A stretch of DNA of 61,503 nt, counting the filler, from Choristocarpus tenellus KU-1152 (Eukaryota; Protista; Phaeophyceae), in NCBI GenBank assembly GCA_964200185.2. It is 13 parts of 13 records of this genome, joined end to end, with 100 filler letters (N's around TTAATTAATTAA, not from the genome) between each part and the next. Parts side by side here need not be neighbours in the genome. Positions count along the whole stretch, not along the records: positions 1 to 4,774 come from CAXNAD020013113.1; positions 4,875 to 8,125 come from CAXNAD020021258.1; positions 8,226 to 11,018 come from CAXNAD020024700.1; positions 11,119 to 13,790 come from CAXNAD020025768.1; 9 more parts are not named here. One strand, written 5' to 3'. Position numbers and translations under genes: made by a program. The stretch's first letter is position 1, and every line of letters starts with the position of its first letter. The notes beneath the pieces are model-generated. The model searched no databases. It saw only the letters and a list, made by a program, of their open reading frames with translations, and was not told the origin of the DNA. Positions 1 to 11,854 of this stretch are shown here, piece by piece.

Positions 1-1143
1 AGGAAGGCGCTGCTGCCGCTGCCACCATCGCCACCGCTGCCGCAGCCCCCCCCACTCCTCCCCCCTGCCCTCGAACTTTTCGCCGCCTTTGGTGCTGCTG
101 GTGCGGCTTCAAGCGCCCATTGCTCCCGTCGCCGTCCTCCTTCTCATCGACTTTCCCCTCCCCTTTCCCCTCCCCTCTGCCCGTGTCTACGCCCTCATTC
201 AATTTTGCACAGCCCGGAGAAACACAACATCCATTAGTCGCGTGCTCCTCTCCTTGTCCCCTCGCCTTCCCACCACCCAGTTGAGACCCTTCCTCCTTTC
301 CCTTCTCCTCTACCTCACGATCCTCCAGAACTACTTCTGGACACAAGGCCCCAGACACCGCATCACGTTCCAGTCGGAATCTCTTCTGCTCAGCAGGTAA
401 CCGGGGCTCCTGCACCGAGGACAATCTCTGCCGTGACAGACGCAACTCAGTACGAGCGTCCAACCAAACCTTCCACTCCTCCGTACCTCGAACTGGAGGC
501 AATTCGCTCTGACGCGGACTCACCGGGGAAGATCGCACAGAAGGCGTTACCACAGGCAGCAAATTCACGCCTGACTCCCCTTCGACGCCCTCCCCACACG
601 CACCCCCCCCTGAGGCAGTAGCGTCAGTTATCGCCGCCGCCGCCGCCGTGATTGATGGCGAAGGACCCGATGCCTGCATCCAGAGCGAAAGCGAGGCCGC
701 CGGCACTACTCCCAAAACAGGGTCAAACAAAAGCCAGCCCGGCGGCTTGGGTCGCTTGTCCAGTGCCAGCGGAACCCCCCCTTCCCACCCATCCACACCA
801 AAGTCCCCCCGGGCCACGGCATATCCACCGCTCTCTCCCATCCAAGTGCCTGCACTAGATGGGCAGCGGCGCCGGCGACGTCGTCCGTTGCCATCCTCAC
901 CAACCTGGCCCTTTCCACCACCCAAAGTACCACCCACTGTGGAAGGGGAAGCAACCTCGGAGTCTGAGATGAGGACGGGGAGTTGGTCGTCTTGGAAGCT
1001 CCCTGCATCCGAGGACCTCCTGCTCCCTGGGAGAATGGGAACGGGCCATTGGCCGGATGGCTGCGCCAGGTTTTCAACCCAGCCTGGCTGCGATTCTGAG
1101 GTTTGGTTTTGGTACAGAGGTGGGCAAGGGAGGCATGCGACTT
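1..1143 (-). CDS. Large internal exon of an uncharacterised Gly/Glu-rich protein (open to window edge); probably downstream exon of the 2515-4774 gene
   Basis: Acceptor cttacag at 1144-1150, then an uninterrupted frame (E)VACLPCPPLYQ...PGWLLFDPVLGVVP...RRRKVRG to position 1. Its phase (2 nt + codons) matches the phase-1 donor at 2514. It is absent from the ORF track because it has no stop in the window. Confidence 0.6.
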
Positions 1144-1251
1144 CTGTAAGAACGGAATGAACAATGAATAAATCAAGATTGGACTGTAATGTGGTGAAAA
1201 CAGATGAGAGTAAAAGAACAAGAAGCAGAGGGAAGGACAGTAAGGGAAGTG

Positions 1252-1304
<53 letters not shown>

Positions 1305-1856
1305 AGACCATAGGGTGGTCACTGTGGATATGGCTACAGAGGGAACATAACAACCAAATATAGTGTGACAATGAGCTGCACAAAAATAAGCATCCTTTCT
1401 GGTCTACAACATGGCACAACAGAAAGGCCTCTGAGAAATGTAGGTTATTGTCCATGAGACAGAACAAAACTAGATGATCACGAGGGCAACATGAAGAACT
1501 AGATCATTTCTGAGCCTGGGCATGTGCCCAACGAGATTGTTTTCCCACTAGAACTCCTGCAAGCATTTCTGAGGCTAGGGTAGGTTGTCAATAGGTACAG
1601 CAGCCAGAACATAAAAAAAAAGCTTCAGCACTCCTTCAGCACTCTATACGATGGCGTAGAGTATCACATACTGCATGTGATACCAGGGTGTGAATGAGGC
1701 ATCAGAACAATCTGACGTCACCCCAACCCACGCCACTGGGGGGAGGGAACACATCAAACATCGAACTTTCGAAATCTGCTAACTATGAACAACGGCAAAC
1801 ATAACTTGTTCTGGGCGGTCCTAAACACTGATTCCTTTCATTCGTCCATTAAAAAC

Positions 1857-1967
1857 AGTACATGAATCATCAATCATCAGTTACATGAATCATCAATCAT
1901 CAGTTACATGAATCATCAGTTACATGAATCATCAGTACATGAATCATCAGTACATGAATCATCATCA
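1857..1967. repeat. Short intronic tandem repeat (AGT[T]ACATGAATCATC[AATCATC])n
   Basis: About 6 copies of a 15-23 bp unit visible directly. Confidence 0.85.
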
Positions 1968-2113
1968 GTCGAAGTGCAATTGAAAGCACGTGTGAGGACA
2001 TCAATCTGAGAGCGCATGAATTTTTCCCACAATCTGATATGAGAGCACATGTGTGTGTGAGGACATGCTGCGCGCATGTGCCAGTAAGGCATGTCTGTGA
2101 CAGATCAACTCGC

Positions 2114-2161
<48 letters not shown>

Positions 2162-2514
2162 ACACACCCCCCCACCCCCCCCCCCACCGGAGTCCCACAC
2201 GANNNNNNNNNNTGTGACAGATCAACTCGCAACCCCCTCCCCCCCCTCCCCCCTCCTACACCCACCGGCACACACACACACACACACACACCCCGCCTAC
2301 AACGGGTATCCTAACGTAACTAGAACTGATTCACACGCGTAAACCAAACTGGGAGATGCAATGCTATAGTGAGGGGATAAGGTTCAACCGCAAGGCACAG
2401 CAAGGAGATAGCAAATGCACTACTAGGACAAGACCACAACTCTCCACCCCCCATTCCAGCCCCATCCAAGGTGCGCCATCCGTCAATGACCTATTAACTG
2501 CTTCGTGCTCTCAC

Positions 2515-4774
2515 CTCGGTATCTCAAAAAATATGCAGCTGAAAGGACTGAAGCCACCACCAGCAGTTGCACAGCCATACGCCAACCTCTAATCTCCACT
2601 GGACCATCTTTGAGCACTTCCTTCCTCCTCACCCTTCCACCCCAATGTCCCCTTTCCCTTCTCCCATAAAAAATATCCTCCTCAACGTCCTCCTCCTCTT
2701 CCTCCCCCTCCTCCTCTTCCTCCCCCTCCTCCTCTTCTTCCTCTTCCAGCAACACCCTGCCCCCTTCCCTCTCCTCTCTCCTGTCCTCCTCCTTCATGTA
2801 CACCGCAGTCCCAGCTTCCACTTTTCCTTCCAACTGATCCTGAAAGTCCCACCCCCCTTCTCCCTCTTCAGCAAACTCTGGTTGGGTGACCTGTGAAATA
2901 GTACCAATGCCTTTCACAGCGTCTGGAAATCCCTCTGCCATGCCTCCAAGCTGTCCTGACCTTCCGCCTGCCGAAGCACTGTTTATCTCCTCTCCTGCAT
3001 CTTTGAAAGGGGAAGAGGATTGCTGTAGAGGACACTGGATGTTGCCACTACCACCACAACGTCCATGACTATAAGAATGTTCCTCCTCCTCCTCCTCCTT
3101 TGTACCCTGTTCTGTACTTTGTTTACAGGTATGAGACTCGTGGGTAGTCCCTGTTTCACCCTGTTGGGGTCCTGCACAGTGGACCTCTTTAAACTCTGCT
3201 TGGGTCTTGGCAACTTGATCTGGTCGACTGTGGGCTCTGTGCACATCATCACTCACCTGGGTGACATACTCTTCATCCCATTTGTTTTCAATCTTAACCT
3301 GACTGACCTGAAAGTTGCCCTCGCACCCAACTGTTCCCCCATCTCTCTCACTCTGTACCTCCACCTCATCTTCATCACCATCCACATCTCCATCCCTATC
3401 ACTCTCCCCCTCCTCACCCTCTCCAACCTCACGCCTCTCCCTGTCTACCTCACCCTCCTCTCTCTCTGTATCGCCTTTGATAGCACCAGACTCTAAGCCC
3501 AAGACAGCAATTGCATCCGTTTGCTCAGGTATCTTCCCTACATCTCCATCATCTATATCTTCCAAGCCTCCAGGGATAGACTTAATCTCCCTATACTGTG
3601 GGATTCTTCCTTGGTCTCTAGGGTCCTGGTCAAGCGAGCAAGGCAGAGAGCAGGTGTCGGTACTCAACCATGGAGTTGAGCTTGAATCCAAGCTTGCATA
3701 TGTAACTGAGCGATGGCATGACCCCCTTTCCTCCTTAGCATAAACTTCTCTCTCCTCTTCCCCTTCACTTTGGTTCTCCACACCAGCAAGTAGCATAACC
3801 TTCTCAGTGCCAATAGTAGTCTTACAGCCAACAGGGAGGGCTTGTGAGGTAGGAGCTTCTACATTCAAGGGTCCATACACATCCACTACTGAACATCCTG
3901 TAGAGTGTTCAGGGGAGTCATCGCCCCCAAAGGTTCCAGCATCCTCCAGTTTTCCACCTGAAACAATTGCAATCTGCTCCCATGTTTTCCCTAAACCATG
4001 ATGCCCTGCCCCATTGTTGTCAATTTCCTCGTGCCGGACCTCGATAGCCCCTTCTGGAATACCATCTGCATCCTGTTCCTGTTTACTCATTACTATCACA
4101 CCTCTTCTTTCCTTAGTCACAATGTCTGCTTGTGTTACAACTCCCCCATCCCCCATGCGCCCCTCACTTTCAGAAATATCTGTTGACACAACCGAGATGT
4201 CAGCCATTGCTGTGTCTACCTTTGCCCATTCTGACTGCATGGGACTGGCAATGAAGGGCGGTTCATCCTTCACACCAGCATCAACCTCACTAGTTGGGCC
4301 ACCTTCTTCCGACCTATCGGCCATCGCCCTCTCTAGATTAAGAATAGATGTGGCTAAATGAGATGTTGCTTCATAGGTTTGTCGGTAGTGCTGCATGGAG
4401 CTCTCCATGGCAATGGTTTCTTCCTCTAGCACTGACAGGTATGCCACAGCTCCAGATGTCGACTCCTCCATTTTGAGAAGCTCCTGCGCTGATTCGACGG
4501 CGTGATTCAAGGCATCAGCTTGGAGTGGGTCTGTCTCCCTAGAGTCCACAGGCAATGGGACATCACCTGTGATTGATACCTCTTTGGTCACATCATTTGT
4601 GCTTTCAACAATAGAAGAGAAGTGGGTTGGCGCAGTATCAACCTCGGCACCTTGAAATAAAAATGTACTACCGCTTAGACTTCCCGGGTCAGCCTCCTCA
4701 TCAAGGTTAATCATGGCTGCGTGCAGCCCCCCATGGGTGTTACCATGAGTGGGCAACTCTGCACTGCTGAGATG
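2515..4774 (-). CDS. Large exon of an acidic, low-complexity protein with one predicted transmembrane helix (5' part off contig)
   Basis: 757-aa ORF, very Glu/Asp-rich, ending in hydrophobic AVQLLVVASVLSAAYFL followed by RYR and a strong donor G|GTGAG at 2514. Confidence 0.7.
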
Positions 4775-4874
4775 NNNNNNNNNNNNNNNNNNNNNNNNNN
4801 NNNNNNNNNNNNNNNNNNTTAATTAATTAANNNNNNNNNNNNNNNNNNNNNNNNNNNNNNNNNNNNNNNNNNNN
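4775..4874. other. Artificial contig linker N44-TTAATTAATTAA-N44 (first of 12; others at 8126-8225, 11019-11118, 13791-13890, 18892-18991, 27497-27596, 36035-36134, 38687-38786, 45270-45369, 52148-52247, 55841-55940, 58612-58711)
   Basis: Identical 100-bp spacer with a six-frame-stop 12-mer repeated 12 times; sequence on either side is unrelated. Confidence 0.98.
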
Positions 4875-5340
4875 GTGGGGGTGGGGGGGGGGGGGGGGGG
4901 GTGGTGGGTGGGGGTGTGGGGTGGGGGGTGGGGGGGGGGGGGGGGGGGGGGGGGGGGTTGTATTTTGAGAGTGGGTGACAATGATTTGAGGAGGATGCAG
5001 TGGTATTCGTTGATTTGGTGCTGGTTGTTGTTGCGTCTTATATTACCTAGTTGGCATTGTTCTTGATAAAGGGTCTTGGTAGAATGGAAGGTGGGTATGT
5101 AAAGGATTTCATTAGTTGTACCTGTCCCCAGTGGTCTCCCTTCTCCTTCCTGATCTCTTTTCCTTATGCATCGATCCCCCCTCTCTCATTTCCTTACATG
5201 GTGTGTGATGTATCCTCTCTCTCTCTCTCTCTGTGGTTGTTGACTATTGATTGTTGATTGTTAGCTGTTGATTATTGATTGTTGACTGTTGGTTGTTGAC
5301 TGTTGGTTGACTGTTGGGTCATGTTGTTGGTTACCTTCAG

Positions 5341-7391
5341 GCACAAGCAAGGGCACATCGCATTGGGCAGACAAAGGCAGTCATGGTGTACCGCCTGCTT
5401 TCTAAGAAAACCTATGAGATGCATATGTTCCACCAGGCCAGCCTTAAGGTAAGTGACTAGGCGGTTTTGTTGTATTGATGCAATCGATATAGAGGGAGTT
5501 GTGATACATATTTGATGTAGTAGATTTGGTGGCAGTTGATCTTTTTTTCAAGGTGGGCCATTGGGGTTAGTGTGTGTGTGTGTGTTTGTCTAGATTACCT
5601 TGGTAGTAGTAAGAGACTGTTTCTTTATGAGTAGTGTGATGTATACTATGCTCTAGTGTGATACACATTTTTTGTTGATAGGTAATATTCTCGCAATGGG
5701 TGGTTTAGTGGTGGTATGTTGGGTGATGTTTGTAGTCATGGTCCTCCTAGGCTTCTTCCTTTTGTTGGAGGGTTGTAGAAAGGGTTGTAGAAAGGGTTGC
5801 AGGGTGTCACTGCACGTTAGTGTTGGATGAGGGCATGTTCCAGGGGGTTGAATGAAGAGGTAAAATGATGCAAGTACGAGTCTTGATTGGTTTGCTATCT
5901 TGTGGCATTTTTAATTGAAAAACTTGGGAGGGGGAGCGAGTCCGTCATTTCATTTGTGGGGTGCCTTTTTATGTTCCTACGGAGTACTGACATGAAACTG
6001 TCATTCTCATCAATGAGTTGTGACTTGTTGAGTTTGGATAATAACAGATGAATACATTTGTTGGTCGTTACCCCCCCTTACCCCAGACAATTTACAATAT
6101 TTACTTCGGTGGTGGTGGGTTCTTTTGAGAGAAATGGATTGTGGTTGCATTAATCAAGTGTGTTTTTGGTGAGGGCAGGAAGGTGTGTTGTTTGAGTCTC
6201 ACTATCAGTCTCACCATAAGCCTCGGCAAGGAAGATGATGCCTGTCAATTGTGTATTTTTCTTTTTTTGCACCTTTTTTTTCTTTTTCAGTAGAACGGAA
6301 TAATTGTCAATAGTATTGCCTGCTGATAATTATTCCATCTGTTCTGTTGTGTTTTTTTTAATATTTATTGTTTCTATAGTTCAAATTTGATGTGCTCTAA
6401 ATGAAGAAAATATTCTTGTTTTATGTATGTACATAGTATGGACGATTAAGTACAAATATTTGATTTTTTGTGTAAAAGTAGTGAGAGAATTCTCTTCCAT
6501 CACTCTTTCTCAATGCTACTACTACTAAGCCCTTCCTTCCTTCCCTCTTCCCTTTCCCTTGTATTCCTTGGTCTTTTTCCTTGTTCTTCTGGGTTGACTG
6601 TTTAGCTTGGCTTGGACAAGGCTGTGTTAGCGCATGCTAGAAACGAGGCAGAGGCAGGGGGGGATGAGGAAGGAGACACTGGGGTCAGTGGTAAAAGCCG
6701 TGCTATGATAAGTACTCGAGGCAATGGCAAGGTTGGTGTCCTTAGGAGGATAGACGGTGTGGTGAAGTGGCTTGCAAGTTTGTTATGTTGGTGGTGTTGG
6801 TATTGTTTGAATTGTGCATCCATTCCAGCTATTGATATTAGTCAATATTGATGTTGATATTAGTCAATACTGATACAGAAACAAGAACCATTATTATCTT
6901 GCAACCACAATGTACACACAAGAGGGTAATTTTTTTTTTCTTATTGAACAATTTTCTTTTTCTTTCTTGATGTGTAGGGTTAGGGTTTGTCTCTGGATAA
7001 CAGGTCCTCCTCTTATCTCATGCTACCATCCCAGTCCCATCAACAATCTGCTACCCCCCCCCCCCCCCCCCCCCTCCCCCCCCCCCCCCCCCCCCCAATA
7101 TATATTTTGGGTTTTTTTTTNNNNNNNNNNACAATCTGCTACCCCCCCGCCCACCCATTCCTGCCTCCATCCCAGTCCCATCAAATGTGTAATTTGGGTT
7201 CTGACTTGCATGGTCTTTGTGTGTGCATCTGTGTGTGTGTTTGTTTTTTTTCCTAGTTTGATCTGGCTGCAGAGGAGATTGATCACCTCCTTAAGCGAGG
7301 GGCGTATGATGTTTTTCGAGAAGATGATGAGGAGGGGAAGGACTTTGTCGAGGCTAGCATTGATGACATCATGAAGAGGGCAGCCACCAAG
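5341..7391 (+). CDS. CHD-type SNF2 chromatin remodeler, internal exons 5341-5448, 6606-6731, 7257-7391
   Basis: In-phase exons translate [36 protein letters not shown]|LGLDKAVL...|[39 protein letters not shown]. This is helicase motif VI plus the post-helicase segment typical of CHD proteins. Confidence 0.9.
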
Positions 7392-8225
7392 GCATGGGTG
7401 GTGGACTGGACCTTCTTTGTAGTTTTGTATCCTTTGTTAATTGATGTCAGTTGATGTTATTGGTCTGATGTTAATTGATGTTGTTGCTCTGATGTTATGT
7501 TTTTTTATAGTGGTAGTTTGGAGAAGGGTTATGATTCTTGGTTTATATTGTTGTAATTAAGATTTTATTTTATTTTTGTGTGTGTGTGTGTGATAGAGAT
7601 AAGTCAGTTTGTTGTGGTGATGGATGGGATGCCTTGGTAGGAGTTGATTTGTGTGGTTGGACTTTTTGTCTTTTTGTGTGTCTTTTGTTTTTTTACATGT
7701 GTAGTGTGTGTGTCATGTGTGTGTTTGTAAGTTGTGTATTGTAATAGGATGTAATTATTGATACGATTATATAATGTAGAAGGCATTCTTGAGGAGTTTC
7801 TTGCAGTGGAGTATAGGCCTGGCTTGAGGACAGTGTTGTGTTGAACATTGAAGAACACAGTTACTAAAGATGACAATATTTGACATGTTACTAAAGATGA
7901 CCGTTTTGGTTTCTTAGTGCAGTAGTTGTAGCTTATAGCATATATATTACTATTTTATGTGATTTTATGTGATTTTGGAAAGGGTGTACATTATAGCACT
8001 ATACCTTGTGAGTAGTCACAATTGTTTCTAGTTAATTGTAGTCTGTTTTCATTAGTGAGTTATCACCATGGTGATTTCCTAACCCCCCTCCCCACCACCA
8101 CCGCCACCGCCACTGCCACCCCCTGNNNNNNNNNNNNNNNNNNNNNNNNNNNNNNNNNNNNNNNNNNNNTTAATTAATTAANNNNNNNNNNNNNNNNNNN
8201 NNNNNNNNNNNNNNNNNNNNNNNNN

Positions 8226-8246
8226 CCCCCCCAGATACTTTGACCC
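8226..8246. mobile_element. Terminus of MITE family B (poly-C-AGATACTTTGACCC) at contig edge
   Basis: Matches termini at 33369, 38965, 55962, 58889 and 61422. Confidence 0.75.
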
Positions 8247-9309
8247 TTAAGGAAAGGGAGAAGAGTTAAATGGAAACGAGTGGTAAGGAGAGGATAGGAG
8301 GAGATGTCAGTAAGTAATAAGAAGGCCGAGAATCAGGGGTACAGGACGAGGAGGGGAGACCAAGGTAACCTACGAGCAAGCTCTCGCCGGAGTGGATCAA
8401 GACATAATCCGAACAATCTTTCTGACAGCTGGAAGGGAGAAAGGTTCGAGGGAAGGGGCGGGGATGCTTGAGAAGCGGATACGGAAATAGAAAAAATAGT
8501 TCGACAAGGTAAGGGGGCTGGTGAATGAGACGATGAATAACAGTGTGGATAGGTGTAGGGTAGGTATGGAATACGGGTAGTGAAGTGGGTAGATTCAGAC
8601 ATAATACAAGGGGTATCGGGGAAAATCCATAGGACAAGCAATTACGAAAGATGGACCACGATGTAATGGTGGAGTGAAACAAGGGAAAGGGTTGAGGGCC
8701 CTACCAGAGTTACAGTCCAAGAGGGTGACGGAAAGTAGGAGTAGAGTGTGCCGGTTATGCCACAAACACGGTTAGCCCATGGAGATCACGATAAAAAGGG
8801 GAAAGTTAACGGTTCGGGGGAAGAGTAGTGTATCTGCGCTAATCTTGTGGAGAAAGTGCATTTTTAGATATCGCTCGAACGATAGGGCCGGGACTGATGC
8901 TAGGTTTATACCGATCGGTGGGATCGCATGGATTTGTTTTCCGCTCTTACGTCGTTCAACCTAACCCAATAGAGAAAAAGAAAATCAAATGAGTGGGTTC
9001 ACTGTAGGATGATGTAGAGGGGCCCATTTCGTTTAAGGGTAACGCGTGGAAGTTACGAGGTTAGCGATGGACGTTTACTAAGCACAGGCACCATGTGAAT
9101 CAGTGGTTATGTCATTATGAGTAGCCATAGAATTTATGGGTTATAGCTACAAACTGGGAAATAACGTGGCATAGTAAACAAAACAAATATGAAAACCTAC
9201 ATAGGTATTCCAGAGTACCGAATGATGCCACAGGGTAGGTGGAGATTCTAGGTTGAGTCACAGCGACGAGATTAAGTACAGATAATGGCAGAGTCCCGGA
9301 TGGACATGC

Positions 9310-9609
9310 GAGTGAAAGTATCTTAGAGGGGACGAATTTTAACCTGTTTGTCCATTTGGGGCTTGGTTTCCATTGGGGTTCATATGACATTTTCCCACTC
9401 GAAAAAAATTCAGAGCAGGTAAAATGTGTATGTTATGAAAAGGTGTGTCCAGAACAAGGATGTTGGCACTTCCTAACAAACACGATAGACAAAATTACAT
9501 CGAAATCGCAACATTGGATTTTGGCCCCNNNNNNNNNNGTTGATAAAAGCTGATCTTGGGCGGATGCTTTCAAATGGACGCGGCTCTACCCTCTAAGATA
9601 CTTTGGCTC
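9310..9609 (+). mobile_element. MITE family A, full-length, GAG..CTC termini, 4-bp TSD ATGC (Sola-like non-autonomous element)
   Basis: Left end GAGTGAAAGTATCTTAGAGGG, right end CCCTCTAAGATACTTTGGCTC, flanked by ATGC on both sides. Homologous copies lie at 46633 and 51815-52147. Confidence 0.85.
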
Positions 9610-10079
9610 ATGCAGTAGGTGGGAATTTTAGGTGGGGTGAATGTCTCGAAAGTAAGAACTGGGGATTGGCAGTAGATGTACAGTAGATGTATGTTAAAAG
9701 AAAAAATATATATATGAGATGCAATGTTGGCTATCAAATGGGGAATAGATAATAGAGGAATGGCAAACTAGGAATGAGCAAAATAATAATAATAATCCAG
9801 AATTCGTGAGCAAAACAAACATAATCAATTAATATATATTCTCTTAAACTAATTTATGTCTAAAAAAATTAAACATAGCACGAACATAAACTAAAGTCTT
9901 TGTATTATTAAGTGCACTTGTTGCTTGTTAATTCTATTTTAGATTAATTTGGTAAGCTTCCAATATATAGTTAAGTTTTTCTCCCCAGGTAAGAGATGGA
10001 GACTTCAGGTGAGCCACACATGTTATTTATTTATGTATTTCGTATGGCATGATTCCCCCGACATGATGTAATGACCGTA

Positions 10080-10380
10080 CAGTCACCTCTTATCGTTTTA
10101 GGAGAGTTGAGTCACCAACATCGTATGTCTGAGTTGTCCATTTTGGAATACTGTAGTCGTCGTGAACAATATTCCAATCGATGTCAGAATTGAGGAAGGA
10201 GAGTGGGTACAAACATTTGATCTCATCGTTTGCTGTGTTGATTTGGTCATGTAACACGTGGTGTTCTTTTCATGTATTGGAGTGGTGATCAAATCATCGT
10301 ATAACACCCGTATAGCAATGTCGAATCACAAACACTAGTCAAATCGTTTGTTGACATCGTATATAGTGTTTGCTCCTCGT
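10080..10380 (-). pseudogene. Possible highly degenerate Copia reverse-transcriptase relic
   Basis: Minus-strand fragment SFLNSDID resembles Copia AFLNxDID, with faint flanking similarity; many stops and frameshifts. Confidence 0.25.
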
Positions 10381-11854
10381 ATCCCCATTCAGAGTGTATC
10401 CTCTGTTTTATACAAGATAATATAGAGACCCTATATGCTGGCCACATATACCTCTCACCTCGTCGTTAGGATGATTAATATGCTGATCCCATACTCTTAG
10501 ACATCGTAAGCTTGATTGGTGTGCTGACCACATACCAACCTTAGGCCAATGTTATCCTGATCAGATATTCATTGTGTGCCTCGCTTATATATTACACTTC
10601 ATTTTGTATTAATGGAGAGTCATGTAATACAATGGTGCAATAGTATACTAACATTCACAAATGTTTCCCATTTCGCTCCCAGAGCACACCTTTTGGTTGA
10701 GACCTTGAATCATGTTTACATGGCTTCAAGGCCGATGAGAAGGGGGGGTGATGCGGAAAGCATGTTTGTCTGTTACACCGTTATTGCCGTATGCTATATA
10801 CCGTTATACTGATCGAGGTTGTGTTCTGAGAACTTCGATTCGACTTTGTAAAGGATATTCGGAGGACTCCTTCAGGACAAAGCTAGTTGACCTTCCAAAT
10901 GAGGCCCACCAAGGGAGGGAAAGCTCTTCATTAGCCCTAGCGCGCCACCGGAGCCAGTGTGGACAAGGAGCAAACGCCTGGGCCTCGACACAACCGCTGA
11001 AACCAGCATGCCAGATCCNNNNNNNNNNNNNNNNNNNNNNNNNNNNNNNNNNNNNNNNNNNNTTAATTAATTAANNNNNNNNNNNNNNNNNNNNNNNNNN
11101 NNNNNNNNNNNNNNNNNNGTATCGTATGACATTGTACAGAAGTTTTTTAGGAAGTCCTACACCTTCCACCTCCTGTACTCTAGTCAACATGGCATCCAGT
11201 GCGACAGGCTGGCAAGGATGTACCCAAATTTCAAGTCCCACTGTAGGACCCTTCAGAGGGAGTACCTTCAGGACGTGTCAAGCACAATGGCAGGTTCTAG
11301 TGCATAAGCATGGCAGTCATCTGCATTTGTATGTGAAGTGTGAACGATAGACTTGTTCAGAGTGTTTTGAAGGTTGGCTGCCTGGCTGCTGTCTGATGAG
11401 CTTTTCGGCATAACAGTGGAGCTACAACAATAGTGAAGAGCCTCCGGGGTGCACACAGAGACGGATGAGACATGGAGGATCACGGTGCTTCTTTTCCTGT
11501 GAAAAAACTCGTCCTGGGAGAGGAGAAACAGCCCTCCAAGCCATATACTGGACGATGGACGGACGGATGTATCAGTAACTTGATTTTGGTGAGGAAACTC
11601 GCCCCTCTTGCCCATCTAATGACAACCAACTCCAACCTTTCTATTAATGTTAGGAGTGATTCCAGGTTTACGTCAAGGTTTATTTCCACTAAAAATTCGA
11701 CTCTAATCAATATTTAGACTGGGACAAATTCTCTCCTAAAGACGACTGCTGACACCATATCACCAAGAATGGAGTCAAGACAAATAAGATGATGCCCAGA
11801 TGAAGATTTGATTCAAGTCTGAACTCCATTGATGACGGAGTTGCAGAACCGTCA

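Noticed and set aside
2096-2236. Direct repeat TGTGACAGATCAACTCGCAACCCC on both sides of a 10-N gap (similarly 7021-7185)
   Set aside because: Most likely overlapping contig ends around poly-C tracts, i.e. a scaffolding artefact.
4819-4830. Recurrent TTAATTAATTAA as a biological repeat or CRISPR-like array
   Set aside because: Always embedded in N44 flanks; it is an artificial six-frame-stop linker. Cross-linker gene neighbourhoods were therefore not interpreted.
8266-8682. LTSPPILSLP resembling the Ty3/gypsy RT-RNase H connection
   Set aside because: Single short motif without recognisable RT or RNase H motifs nearby.
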